Shown here: one piece after another, positions 1 to 9,900 of the stretch
Layout: each line of letters starts with the position of its first letter
Position numbering within the stretch: the stretch's first letter is position 1
DNA from: Candidatus Micrarchaeota archaeon
GTDB taxonomy: Archaea; Micrarchaeota; Micrarchaeia; Anstonellales; Bilamarchaeaceae
NCBI GenBank assembly: GCA_022627495.1
Contig: JAKEGJ010000029.1
Location: 42,408-106,407, forward strand
Length of the DNA: 64,000 bases
Direction: 5' to 3'
Made by a program: the position numbers and the translations under genes
Notes under the pieces: model-generated
Database searches by the model: none
Told to the model about the DNA's origin: nothing
Seen by the model: only the letters and a program-made list of their open reading frames with translations

Positions 1-1257
1 GTGCGAGTCGTGCATGACGCTTCCGCCGAACGCTCCTTTTTTAAGCCCGAACCCTTTGATGAAACCGACTGCGGGCCCTGCCTTCTTGTAGCGGTTTATC
101 AGCGCAATCTTCTGCGCACCTTCCTTCGCGAGCGAGCCGGCAGGCATTGTGAGCATGTCAGTGACAAGTTCGCCGTCCCTTGCCCCAATCACTTGGACGT
201 CTCCCCGTGCATCGAAGGCTATGTCGGCCTGGCAGATGGGCTCTGCCCTGAAATTGTTCAGCGCATTTTCACGGACGCGCGGAAGCGCCGCCTTTTTTCC
301 AGAATAAACCCGCATGCCGTCTATGTACGTCTCAAGGACGCGGAATGAATGCAGATCTCTCACGACTGTGATGTCTGCGGCATCCCCTGCCCGCAGCAGT
401 CCGGTCCCGAGGCCGTAGTGCTCGCACGGGTTCCTGGTGCAGGACCGTATTGCATCGACCGGCGCGATGCCGAGCTTCACGCATTTGCGCAACAGGGAAT
501 CCATGTGGCCCCTTGCGATATCCACCGGTTCCATGTCGTCCGTGCAGAGCATGTTCCTCCCGCCGCGGAGGATTGGATAAAGTGCGGACAGGTTCTTTGC
601 GGCCGAACCCTCGCGGACGAGAATCCTCATGCCCTTTCCCGACTTCTCCTTAGCTTCCTCCAGCGTGCTGCATTCGTGGTCTGTTCCGATGCCGGCCGAT
701 ATGTAGCGGTCGAGGTCCCCGCCGAGCAGGCCCGGGGCGTGCCCGTCGACGGCCTTTTTGTATTTCTTCGCCGCGGCTATCTTCGCCATGACATCCCGCT
801 TCCGGCCTATAACTCCGGGGTAATCCATCACCTCCGAAAGGTGGCTGATGCCCTTTTCCGACAGGAGCCGTCCGACTTCCTCAGGGCCGAGGCGGGCGCC
901 TGAGGTCTCGAAATCAGTGGCAGGGACGCAGGAAGGCGCGCCGAAAAAGAATTTCAGCCCCGAGCGGCGTCCGTTCCTCACCATGAAGCGGACGCCGCGT
1001 TCCCCGAGGACGTTTGCGATCTCGTGCGGGTCCGCGACCGCAGCAACAGTCCCGTGGCGCACCACTGCCCTGGCATATCCGGATGGGAGGAGCATCGTGC
1101 TTTCCACATGCATATGGCAGTCAACAAGGCCGGGCAGGATATATCTCGCCGGAGCTTTTGCGATGCGTTTGACGGCCTCTATCCTCTTCCCGAATTCCAC
1201 CTTGGCCGGATAGATGCCCTGGCCGAACACGTCCACTACCTGGCCGCGCAATTCCAT
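1..1257 (-). CDS. ade: Adenine deaminase (amidohydrolase), runs off the left edge of the window
   Basis: Not in the ORF track. Manual translation from ATG 1257 (RBS GAGGT): MELRGQVVDVFGQGIYPAKVEF...ILPGLVDCHMHVESTML...HGTVAAVADPHEIANVLG, with the HxH metal motif and the DPHEIANV signature of AdeC. Confidence 0.9.
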   Translation of the reverse strand, partial: MELRGQVVDVFGQGIYPAKVEFGKRIEAVKRIAKAPARYILPGLVDCHMHVESTMLLPSGYARAVVRHGTVAAVADPHEIANVLGERGVRFMVRNGRRSGLKFFFGAPSCVPATDFETSGARLGPEEVGRLLSEKGISHLSEVMDYPGVIGRKRDVMAKIAAAKKYKKAVDGHAPGLLGGDLDRYISAGIGTDHECSTLEEAKEKSGKGMRILVREGSAAKNLSALYPILRGGRNMLCTDDMEPVDIARGHMDSLLRKCVKLGIAPVDAIRSCTRNPCEHYGLGTGLLRAGDAADITVVRDLHSFRVLETYIDGMRVYSGKKAALPRVRENALNNFRAEPICQADIAFDARGDVQVIGARDGELVTDMLTMPAGSLAKEGAQKIALINRYKKAGPAVGFIKGFGLKKGAFGGSVMHDSH

Positions 1258-1460
1258 GAACCTCAATTTGCCCGGCCTATTTTTATATCGCTTGCGGGCC
1301 GCACAATCATCTAACATATTTATATAGTAATCCTGCCATAATAAATATCGGGGAGGGAAACCGATAGTAGTCGTCAAATGTGGGTAAGATTGGTTTAAAA
1401 AGTATTCTGTTTTAAATAATAGAATTAGGTGTATCAAAATCATTGAGAGGCGGGATTGAC

Positions 1461-4400
1461 ATGGGTGGACCTAGAAGGCTTCAAAATGTTCAAGAATTGG
1501 GGGCGCGCAATAGTGAAGATTTATATTCTGCACCTCGGTATTCAGAGGTACGCAGGCCGGGTTTCTTCGGTAAATTCCTGCTTTCTGCCGCTATGGCGGG
1601 TGCTATTATGACTGGTGGAGCTATGCGCGAGGCTGCTGCGCAGCAGCCGACGATGGATACGAGGGCCGTCGAGGCCCTGAGGGGGAATCTCGTTACGCAG
1701 CTGACCGGAATCGGCCAGCAGCTTGATACCATGAGGCGCGGCGGCATGCCCGCGCTCGTCACGTACACCGACGCCAACATGACCGCCCTTCTAGAGACGC
1801 TCGCTGCGAACTCCGCAGCATTAGGCATCCCTATTTCCGGGACCACCCGGGAGGAGCGTTTCCGCTCATTGAACAACTGGCTAAACGGCACCTGGCAGGG
1901 ACGCCCCGCGCTTGCGGGGAGAAACCGCGACAGCCCGATAGACCAGGCCTCGCTGGATGAACTTCGGACCAGGCTCACAATAGCGCTCAGCACCCCGGGC
2001 GCAACCGCGGTGGCGACCGCTGTCGCACCGGCAGTCTCCGGCCCGGCGGCCGCTCAGCCATCTGCTGCCGTGCCGGTCCCCGTGCCTGTTCCTTCAGGCC
2101 CGACGGCCGTTCCTGGCCAGCCTGCTGCGCCGACCGCGGCCCAGCCGGCAGCGCCTGCAACCGCATCTTTGCGGGACCAGCACTCAGGAGTGCTTTACGA
2201 TCTGGAATTCATCACCGCATGGGGGCGCACCGCCGCAATACGCCAGAGGGCGACCGCTCTCCGGCGCGACCTCACCCGTGAATTCGACGCCCGCAGGCCG
2301 AGCACGCGCACAATCGAGGCGAAGCTCACCCAGGCCCGGACCCTGATAACCGCAGAGCTTTCGCAGTCCGAACAGCGCGCGACCGAAGAGCGCAGGCGCC
2401 AGTTTGAGTCGGCCACAGGCCAGCCGCACCCGCTCGCAGCAACAATCACGGCGCTTGCAGCCGATTCGGCAGTGAACGCGGGCCTCCAGGCCGCTTCCGG
2501 CGGCAGGGTGAGGGTCTCGGACATATGGCTGCTTGACGACGCATCGATGAGGGCGATGGCGGCGCACCTTCAGAACGGCCGCTTCTCCGATGCGGTGACG
2601 CTTTTCAACATCCAGCAGGCGGCTTACCTCCGCATTGCCGAGATAACGCGCCAGACAGCGCAGTCCGAAGTGGCCGAAATCCACGGGAGCTCGCTTCCGA
2701 CGCGCCAGGAGCTTGAAGCGCGGGAGCGCCGGGATGGCGTCCCAGCTGGCACATACTACAACCGCAGGGTTCCAGCGGAAGGAAGAATCACCCGCCGCAT
2801 CCCGACTGCCCGGAGCGACCTCGAAGCCGTCGCGCAAAGGCGGGTTGATGCAGCCACTGCGATGGCGGGCCAGCAGGGCAGGATAGCGTACTACGCCCTG
2901 CAGGACCTTTACGACAACACGGTGACCGAATCACGGATGCTGCATTATCTTGTCAGCCTGTGGGATTACGCCAACAGCCACGGCCTCAGCTCGTATTCTG
3001 ACCAGGCGACGTTCTACCAGAACTATGCGCAATCCGCCGCGCTTTTCGTGGCACCGGAGCTGAATCCCTTCAGGGACCTCTATACTCGCGACCAGCAGGA
3101 CGCGCTCATCCGCGCGCACCTGAACCTTGCGCCCGGCACCATGCCGACCGCAGCGCAGAGGACCCGGGCGACCAGGGAGCTTACGGAGATGCTCATGAGG
3201 AACCAGCCGAGGAAATACGATTACACGATTTTCAACGTCTTCGAGCAGGTGGTCAGGATGAACCCGCCATCCGGCGCCCAGGGTGTGCAGCGCCTTGCAA
3301 GCGTCCGCTCGCTCCGGCTTACTACAGAGCTGGAATACCTTCCTTACCTGCGCGGCGTCCCGCCTATTCTCCGCGATGATGCGGGAAGGCCGCTTTCAGA
3401 TGACGCGGCCGCCCAGCAGGTGGCGCAGCTGCCTCAGCACCGATTCAGGTTAGCGCGCGCCGCGCTTGAAAGGGCGGCGCAGGCGGCACAATCCAGTGGC
3501 ATGCTGGCAAATGACCCGGTTCTGGTCGCCGCGCGCACCTGGCTCACGAACACGCAGACTGCGCCTGCCGCTGACCGGCTTGTCGCAGTATCCGATACGT
3601 TGTATAATATGACACTCGACCTTCTCTCAGTAAGGGAAGCAGAGCTGTGGGTGGCGAACCCGAGCCTGAGGCCGGCATCCGGTTCCTCGGTCACGACCGG
3701 GGCGCAGGAGCAGATACGCAGGGCACGGGACGCCTTCATCCGGAGCTTCTCGACCCCGCAGGTCGGAACAACGGTCCATCCCAACCTGTCAAGGAGGATG
3801 GGCGACGACGCGACGAACATGCTTATGCCGCCTGCTTACGCAACAACCGAAGCGTCGGGAATGTATTTCACCCGCGCCCGCTACATGAACGTCCCGGCTC
3901 CGGCAGGCGCCGCAGACACATGGCAGGCGACGGATGCCGAGCAGAGGGCAAGCGCGCTTGCAGGCGAGCAGCTTTATCTGACATTCCTTACGAGCATGGC
4001 CTCAGGCTCAGGCGCTGCGCTGTTTGGCCCATCGGCTGCCGATACCGTCTTGTCGCAGGCAGGCCTTGCAGGCCCGGCGAGGGCGCTCAACCTGACTGTG
4101 GGCAGGGCAAACCCGCTTTTCACATGGAGCGTCTCTCCGCTTGAGGGCTTCCCGGAGTACGAGCCGGTTTTAAGGAGGATGAGACCAACCGTCTCTCCGC
4201 TTGATACGCACCAGCTTCCGGCGCAGGTCCAGGCCAACCCGAACCTCGCAAACCACAACCACGAGGATGTGGACCAGTACGTCCATGGCGAAGCGTACGT
4301 TGAGGTGTCGAGGCAATTCTACATGGCCGTTGACCCGAGCGTCGACCCGCTCCTGCGCGGCTTTGAAATCGCGCCGAGTGCCTATCCTGTGCGCACCGAA

Positions 4401-5594
4401 GCCCACTTCAGGCAGCAGGACCAGGCCCTTAAAGACAGGATGATTGCGATAGCGCGCGAATACGGCCTTCCGGCCGACCGCCCCATAATCGACTCGCTCC
4501 GCGAGAGGATGATGACGGCCTCAGCCGCATATTCCCAGGCCCTGGCCGCTCCTGACGATGCGGCGCGCACTCGCCTTTTGGGCGAGCGCCTTACAGAAGC
4601 GAACCGCCTCATGCTCGTGATTCTCGACGTGAGGATAGCCCAGCTCGATGCGAGGCTCAGCGGCAACGTGATGCTGGCAGACGGCCAGCCGATACCGGTC
4701 CGCGACCTTGCGCGCTCGAGCGACCCCCGGAAATACGCGGTTGTCAGGGCGCAGGAGATGCTGGCGGAGGCGCGGGCGCTCCGGACGAGGATGGCCGCCG
4801 CTCCCGGTGCCGACTACTTCACACGGGGAGGCGCCGACCCCAGGGAGGCGATTGGAATCGCAGAGATGGGCATATCGAGCCTAACAGACACGGAAATCAC
4901 GCCGATACCGAGGCCCGTGGCCCCGCAGTTCACCGCAGTGGTCCCTAGCGACGCGATAACCCGCGACAGGAACTCCCGCGTGAACGACCGCAGCGACCGC
5001 GAGACGATAATAACCTTCACCGCGACGCGGACCATGATAACCCCGCAGGGCGGAAGAGAGGTGGCCCTGGCGGACTACGAGCGGGCGAACGGCAGGCAGA
5101 ACCTGACCTACTACTGGTTCATGTTCCAGGACATCCAGCCCGCGACGGGCATGCTCCTCCTGAATCCGCAGTACCGCGACCCTGCGCAGCCAAGGTATTC
5201 CGGGATGATAATGCGCGGCGTCACCACGACCGAAGGCAGGACCGGCGATTTCGTCGTACGCGTCCGGAGGGTTGATGCGCCTTCGCGCGATTTGGAATGG
5301 GCGCCGGTAGCCGAGGCGGACGGTCGCGTGCGGCCGGAGAACATCCTATTCGAGATGAACCCGGGCACGATGAACCCGGTCAGGGACGCGCGCCTCGATG
5401 CGAGCATCCGCTCCGCGGCTTTCGCGCGCCAGTCCAACCAGCAGACCGTTGTGGAATTCGGCCCTATAACGCCGGTGCTGATTGTCAGGCCCAGCGCCAC
5501 GAACGCACCGGCGCCTGCGGCCCCGGCCGCCACCGCGCGGACGGCGGCGCCTGCACAGCCTGCGGCTCCGGCATCATCGCAGAAGAGGAAATGA
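1461..5594 (+). CDS. Large orphan secreted/surface protein (~1377 aa), Ala/Pro-rich linkers
   Basis: Long ORF with GC-rich coding bias. Charged N-terminal extension, then hydrophobic segment FLLSAAMAGAIMTGG and an AAA-Q cleavage-like site. No recognised domain. Confidence 0.75.
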   Translation: MGGPRRLQNVQELGARNSEDLYSAPRYSEVRRPGFFGKFLLSAAMAGAIMTGGAMREAAAQQPTMDTRAVEALRGNLVTQLTGIGQQLDTMRRGGMPALVTYTDANMTALLETLAANSAALGIPISGTTREERFRSLNNWLNGTWQGRPALAGRNRDSPIDQASLDELRTRLTIALSTPGATAVATAVAPAVSGPAAAQPSAAVPVPVPVPSGPTAVPGQPAAPTAAQPAAPATASLRDQHSGVLYDLEFITAWGRTAAIRQRATALRRDLTREFDARRPSTRTIEAKLTQARTLITAELSQSEQRATEERRRQFESATGQPHPLAATITALAADSAVNAGLQAASGGRVRVSDIWLLDDASMRAMAAHLQNGRFSDAVTLFNIQQAAYLRIAEITRQTAQSEVAEIHGSSLPTRQELEARERRDGVPAGTYYNRRVPAEGRITRRIPTARSDLEAVAQRRVDAATAMAGQQGRIAYYALQDLYDNTVTESRMLHYLVSLWDYANSHGLSSYSDQATFYQNYAQSAALFVAPELNPFRDLYTRDQQDALIRAHLNLAPGTMPTAAQRTRATRELTEMLMRNQPRKYDYTIFNVFEQVVRMNPPSGAQGVQRLASVRSLRLTTELEYLPYLRGVPPILRDDAGRPLSDDAAAQQVAQLPQHRFRLARAALERAAQAAQSSGMLANDPVLVAARTWLTNTQTAPAADRLVAVSDTLYNMTLDLLSVREAELWVANPSLRPASGSSVTTGAQEQIRRARDAFIRSFSTPQVGTTVHPNLSRRMGDDATNMLMPPAYATTEASGMYFTRARYMNVPAPAGAADTWQATDAEQRASALAGEQLYLTFLTSMASGSGAALFGPSAADTVLSQAGLAGPARALNLTVGRANPLFTWSVSPLEGFPEYEPVLRRMRPTVSPLDTHQLPAQVQANPNLANHNHEDVDQYVHGEAYVEVSRQFYMAVDPSVDPLLRGFEIAPSAYPVRTEAHFRQQDQALKDRMIAIAREYGLPADRPIIDSLRERMMTASAAYSQALAAPDDAARTRLLGERLTEANRLMLVILDVRIAQLDARLSGNVMLADGQPIPVRDLARSSDPRKYAVVRAQEMLAEARALRTRMAAAPGADYFTRGGADPREAIGIAEMGISSLTDTEITPIPRPVAPQFTAVVPSDAITRDRNSRVNDRSDRETIITFTATRTMITPQGGREVALADYERANGRQNLTYYWFMFQDIQPATGMLLLNPQYRDPAQPRYSGMIMRGVTTTEGRTGDFVVRVRRVDAPSRDLEWAPVAEADGRVRPENILFEMNPGTMNPVRDARLDASIRSAAFARQSNQQTVVEFGPITPVLIVRPSATNAPAPAAPAATARTAAPAQPAAPASSQKRK

Positions 5595-5666
5595 GCGGAT
5601 AGCATTCATTGGGTGGGCAGGGGCGGAGGCGCCCCTGTAATACAATAAAAAAGGGAGGGAGAATGC

Positions 5667-7853
5667 GTGAAACTCAGACATGACAACGTTTCGGGAATCG
5701 GGAAGGAAGGGTGCAAGGACAGCGCAGCAGGGGCTGCGGAGCGTTCACGAATCAGCCGCTTAAGGGAGATTGCCGCAGCGGGAGCCATCGGCTTCGCGCT
5801 GTTTTTCTCAAGCGGGGTTGCCCGCGCCCAGAACGGCCCGGACGGCGGCGTTCCGCCGCGGCCCGATGCGGCAGCGACAGCGGTCGCGGACGCAGGCTCT
5901 GAAGAAACGGCGCCCGCATCTGCGCCGGCTTCAGCGAGAGCGCCGGTCGCGCATACCCTCCAGGCGCTTCCGCAAGCGATGTCCATATCCATCGACAGCT
6001 CCTCTCACCCGTCAAACGCTTCTGCGCCGGATATCCTGACAACCAACCTTCTCCGCATGTTCCGTCTCCGCGACCTGGTACGGAACCCGCCTGCAGCGCC
6101 TGCGGAAGGCCAGCAGGCCACGCCAGAGCGAATGGCATACGACGCCGCAATCAGCGCCTGGAGCGGCGCGGGCACGGCGGCCACATCAATCGATGCCGCA
6201 ATCGCGCGCGCCATGAGGACACTCGGTCGCACTGCGCAGACGCGCGAAAGCATGGGTTCCGACGCCGCAGCGCTTGAGGCCAAGCTCACAGAGCTTGATG
6301 CTTCCATTGGCGCCGCAGGCGGAACATCCTACACGCTCGAAGCGGCCGGAAACACGGTCGCATGCCTGCTCCGCATGATGCGCGGCGGCGAGGTGTGCAC
6401 GGAATCCGCGGCTCCGAGGCCGGAAGACCGCGCGACGCTTGCGCCGGCCCTTCCGCCGATTGAGGCGATCCCTGATTATTTCGGCTCGGAATTCATGCTA
6501 AGCGGATTCGGCCAGGGCAGGTTCGTCATGGCCGACCCGGCATCGACTCCGGCATTGAACTCGATGTTCGGCGGCTCGGGCATCGCGCAGGGAGCCCTCA
6601 ACACGTGGAAGGACGCCCTCGAGGTGCTCACCAATTCGCCCAATGACCCTGCGGCGCAGGCGAGCGCGGCCCACGCATTGCATTCCGCGCTGAGCCAGAT
6701 TCCACAAGACAAGGAAATCTGGACCAGGCCCGGATTCAATTCGGCGATGGTCGCACTGAACCAGGGAGACCTCCGCGGAGGACTTGCTGCGCTGCGCAGC
6801 GAGCCCGCGTTCAACGCGGTGTGGTCCACACTCGGCAACCTGAACCAGATTACGCTCAGCCAGAGGGCGATTGCACGCATCCGCACCGGTTTCCAGCTGC
6901 GGTTCCCGGACGGCACGAACCCCCAGGAGTTCCTGTCATTCAGGAGGGGCACCGAAGACAGGGCTTACCCGTGGGACGTGCTTTACTACCACGTCGGCGC
7001 TAACTACACGAACCTTCTGATGAGCGCGCGCCTCCAGGCCTACAGCCTGGACATCAACACGTTTTCCCTCACGCCCTCAGGGCCGGCCGTTTCCGTCTCG
7101 GGCGACGGCCACGCGGTCGACGGCATGGCCGGCATCACGTTCGGCGGCACCATGTTCCGCCAGCCGGTCGAGGCGACGCTCTCAGCCCGCCTTGGCTACC
7201 TCTGGTGGGCCATCCAGGCGCCTGACCAGCAGCAGCGGATGCTTTCAGTGAACGACGGCACAATGTACGGCATGCTCGATTTCAACGCCGCCATGGTGGG
7301 GTATGAGGGCAGGACAAACGCATTCAGGCTTAGCAGGTGGGGGCTTGGCATATTCAACCTGAACCCGTATGTCAATTTCACCCTGACCGGCAGGTCGTTC
7401 GAAGGCAACAACCTCCGGCTCGAGCATTCGATTACGCCGAGATACATGCTGTTCTGGGGCAGGAGGCAGGAAGGGCTGGAGAACCCATTGTTCTTCCAGA
7501 ACCGCGTCGGCGCGGATGTGCGCCCGCTTGACTTCACAATCCAGCAGAGCAGCGGCCTCACCTGGCATGCAGGCCCGGCGCTCAGCTACAACTGGAACAC
7601 CGAGCAGGGCATACACTCGTTCGAGCCTTACGCCTACGGCAGCCTCAGGTGGGCAGCCGGCGGCCTCGGCATCGATGCCCGCGTCGGTTACATCGCTGAA
7701 GCGGGCGGCCCGGAGGCATACCGCGCCCCGAGCACCGTGACCGGCATGCTGAATTTAATCCTGACGCCGGCCGCCTGGTTCTCAGGCGGCAGCGGGGCGA
7801 ACACTATACGCATCGATTCCGGCACCGGCACGGGAAGGGGTGGAAACAAGTGA
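5667..7853 (+). CDS. Orphan secreted protein, helical N-half and beta-strand-rich C-half; paralogue of 7934-9883
   Basis: Signal-like AAAGAIGFALFFSSGVARA-Q. Shares STPALNSMFGG, ALHSALS.IP..KEIW, GDLR.GL and RP.DFT.Q with the next gene. Confidence 0.75.
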   Translation: MKLRHDNVSGIGKEGCKDSAAGAAERSRISRLREIAAAGAIGFALFFSSGVARAQNGPDGGVPPRPDAAATAVADAGSEETAPASAPASARAPVAHTLQALPQAMSISIDSSSHPSNASAPDILTTNLLRMFRLRDLVRNPPAAPAEGQQATPERMAYDAAISAWSGAGTAATSIDAAIARAMRTLGRTAQTRESMGSDAAALEAKLTELDASIGAAGGTSYTLEAAGNTVACLLRMMRGGEVCTESAAPRPEDRATLAPALPPIEAIPDYFGSEFMLSGFGQGRFVMADPASTPALNSMFGGSGIAQGALNTWKDALEVLTNSPNDPAAQASAAHALHSALSQIPQDKEIWTRPGFNSAMVALNQGDLRGGLAALRSEPAFNAVWSTLGNLNQITLSQRAIARIRTGFQLRFPDGTNPQEFLSFRRGTEDRAYPWDVLYYHVGANYTNLLMSARLQAYSLDINTFSLTPSGPAVSVSGDGHAVDGMAGITFGGTMFRQPVEATLSARLGYLWWAIQAPDQQQRMLSVNDGTMYGMLDFNAAMVGYEGRTNAFRLSRWGLGIFNLNPYVNFTLTGRSFEGNNLRLEHSITPRYMLFWGRRQEGLENPLFFQNRVGADVRPLDFTIQQSSGLTWHAGPALSYNWNTEQGIHSFEPYAYGSLRWAAGGLGIDARVGYIAEAGGPEAYRAPSTVTGMLNLILTPAAWFSGGSGANTIRIDSGTGTGRGGNK

Positions 7854-7933
7854 GCGCCTGCACGATGCTCCGCCAAGCGCTTTTTTATAACCTTTCACCC
7901 TTATTTTTACTATATATTCTAAGGTGAAATCCT

Positions 7934-9883
7934 ATGGGCGGAACTGCGCAGATGGAAAGGCCGGCGGAATCTTCTGGTTATGAGCGACATTTGGCTGTCA
8001 TTAGGCAGCTCCCTCTGGCAGTGAGCGCAACGCATCCCACAAACGCGCCGACCGCTCTCGCTGCGGCGAACAACTCGGTCGTCATCGCAGAAATCCTCCA
8101 GATTGTGCGAGGTTCCCGCCCTCCGGAAGGCGACGCCCGCAGGGCGGTTTATGACGCCGCGGTTGCGACTCTGGGCGAAGGCAGCGGCCGCGACGCGGCG
8201 ATTGCGTACCTGACCCGGTCACACGTAGCTTCAATCAGCAGGCTGCACGGGCTTGTGGCTGGCGGGGAGAGCATGGGCGAGAACGCCGGGCGCGTCGAGA
8301 TGATGCTCTCGCCGATAGATGCCGGCATCGGCGCAGGCGGGGTGCAATACATCCCCTACGAGGCCATTGGAAACGAGGTCAGCACCCTGCTGCGCGTGGC
8401 GCGCGGCGGGCAGGCTGTCGCCGTCCCCACGGCGACTGACACGTCAACGACTGTACGTCCCCTTCCGCTCATAGAAACGCCCCTTCGCGATTTGGGCCCC
8501 ATCCACCTCCTTTCAAGCGCGGCCGAGGAATCCGTGGTCGCTCTGAACGCGACGAGCACGCCCGCACTGAACTCGATGTTCGGCGGCGAGTCAATCGCGC
8601 AGGCGAGCATGAACGCGCTGGCGAACGCCTACGCGACTATGGCCAACCATTCCAACGACCTTGCGGCGCAGCAGGCCGCGGCGCAGGCGCTTCATTCGGC
8701 CCTAAGCGCGATACCAAGCACCAAGGAAATCTGGAACGGAACGGTTCATCCGCACTTCAACGCCGCCATGCAGGCGCTTGCCAGGGGCGACCTTAGGACT
8801 GGCCTGAGCGAGCTCTCCCAGGAGCCCTCTTTCAACGCGGTCTACGGCCAGATGAACAACCTCTATATCATCACGGTCAACCAGCGTGCGGTATCGGTCC
8901 TGCGGGCCGGCGTGACCACGCGCTACGAATTTACGGAGAACCAGGATGCGTTCACCGCATTCATCCGCGGCTCGGCCAACAACTCGTTCGAGCCCCGCGT
9001 CCTTTGGCTCGGCCTCGGCCTGCACTATGAGCGCCTTCTCCTATCAGGCCAGCTCCACCAGCTTGCAGTGACGCCCGGAACCGGCGGCTCTCCCGGCACC
9101 GTGACCGAGACCCGCCGGCAGAGGGTGCAGGGCACCGGAGACGTTTTCACGGCCACGCCGCAGCTTGCGGTCGGCTTCAGCGCATGGAGCAACCCTGTCG
9201 AGCTTATCATCCACTGCAGCGTGGGCTACCAGTCATACTCGGTCGGGGCGGACGTCCCGACGCAGGGCGGCGGCACCCAGCGCCTTGAGACGAACGTAAG
9301 CGCCGCATATGGCGGCCCATGGGGCGCGCAAATCAACTTTCCCGGCCGGGAAGGCCAGCGCATGATGGTGAGGATGTCCTCGGTCAGCCTCGGAATGGTG
9401 GGGAACCCGGTGGATTTGAACGCATATGCAAACGTCTCGTTCGAAGGCAGGTGGTACGAGGGAAACACCCTGCGAATCCGCTCGGAGGCGACACTGGGAT
9501 ACCAGCACTTCCTGCAGCAGCACGGGAGCATGCTTGACATACGCCCCGCCGATTTCACCTTCCAGGTGAATCCGCAATGGAGCCTGTTCTTCGGGCCCGG
9601 GTTCCGCTACACCACGCGCTACGATTCCTCGGGCGAGGAGCTTTACCACACGCTCGATGGCTATGGGGCTTTCGGCTTCCGCTTCGACCGCGGCGTTTCC
9701 GTCGACATACGCGGGGGATACCTCGGCGAAGTCGGCGGCAGGGAAGAGGAGCGCATCCCGAGCACGCCATACGGCTCATTGAACATCACGCTAACGCCCC
9801 AGCTCTGGTTCGGAGGGAGCCAGAGACCCGCAGGCGCGAGGGACGTGGGATCCACGGTCCCAAGAAGGAGGAGGAGAGAATAA
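7934..9883 (+). CDS. Orphan protein, paralogue of 5667-7853, no obvious signal peptide
   Basis: RBS GGTGA upstream. Colinear shared motifs with the preceding gene. Confidence 0.75.
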   Translation: MGGTAQMERPAESSGYERHLAVIRQLPLAVSATHPTNAPTALAAANNSVVIAEILQIVRGSRPPEGDARRAVYDAAVATLGEGSGRDAAIAYLTRSHVASISRLHGLVAGGESMGENAGRVEMMLSPIDAGIGAGGVQYIPYEAIGNEVSTLLRVARGGQAVAVPTATDTSTTVRPLPLIETPLRDLGPIHLLSSAAEESVVALNATSTPALNSMFGGESIAQASMNALANAYATMANHSNDLAAQQAAAQALHSALSAIPSTKEIWNGTVHPHFNAAMQALARGDLRTGLSELSQEPSFNAVYGQMNNLYIITVNQRAVSVLRAGVTTRYEFTENQDAFTAFIRGSANNSFEPRVLWLGLGLHYERLLLSGQLHQLAVTPGTGGSPGTVTETRRQRVQGTGDVFTATPQLAVGFSAWSNPVELIIHCSVGYQSYSVGADVPTQGGGTQRLETNVSAAYGGPWGAQINFPGREGQRMMVRMSSVSLGMVGNPVDLNAYANVSFEGRWYEGNTLRIRSEATLGYQHFLQQHGSMLDIRPADFTFQVNPQWSLFFGPGFRYTTRYDSSGEELYHTLDGYGAFGFRFDRGVSVDIRGGYLGEVGGREEERIPSTPYGSLNITLTPQLWFGGSQRPAGARDVGSTVPRRRRRE

Positions 9884-9900
9884 AATCAGGGTGGGAGAAT

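Noticed and set aside
1-1314. Plus-strand ORFs 1-348, 349-903, 848-1213 and 1024-1314
   Set aside because: Antisense shadows of the minus-strand adenine deaminase, which the track missed because it lacks a stop in the window.
4130-4204. 15-bp direct repeat CGTCTCTCCGCTTGA, 60 bp apart
   Set aside because: In-frame VSPL peptide duplication within a CDS; no sign of a target-site duplication or mobile element.
9577-9900. N-terminal extension of the 817-aa ORF
   Set aside because: Overlaps the upstream gene; a clear signal peptide begins at ATG 9901.
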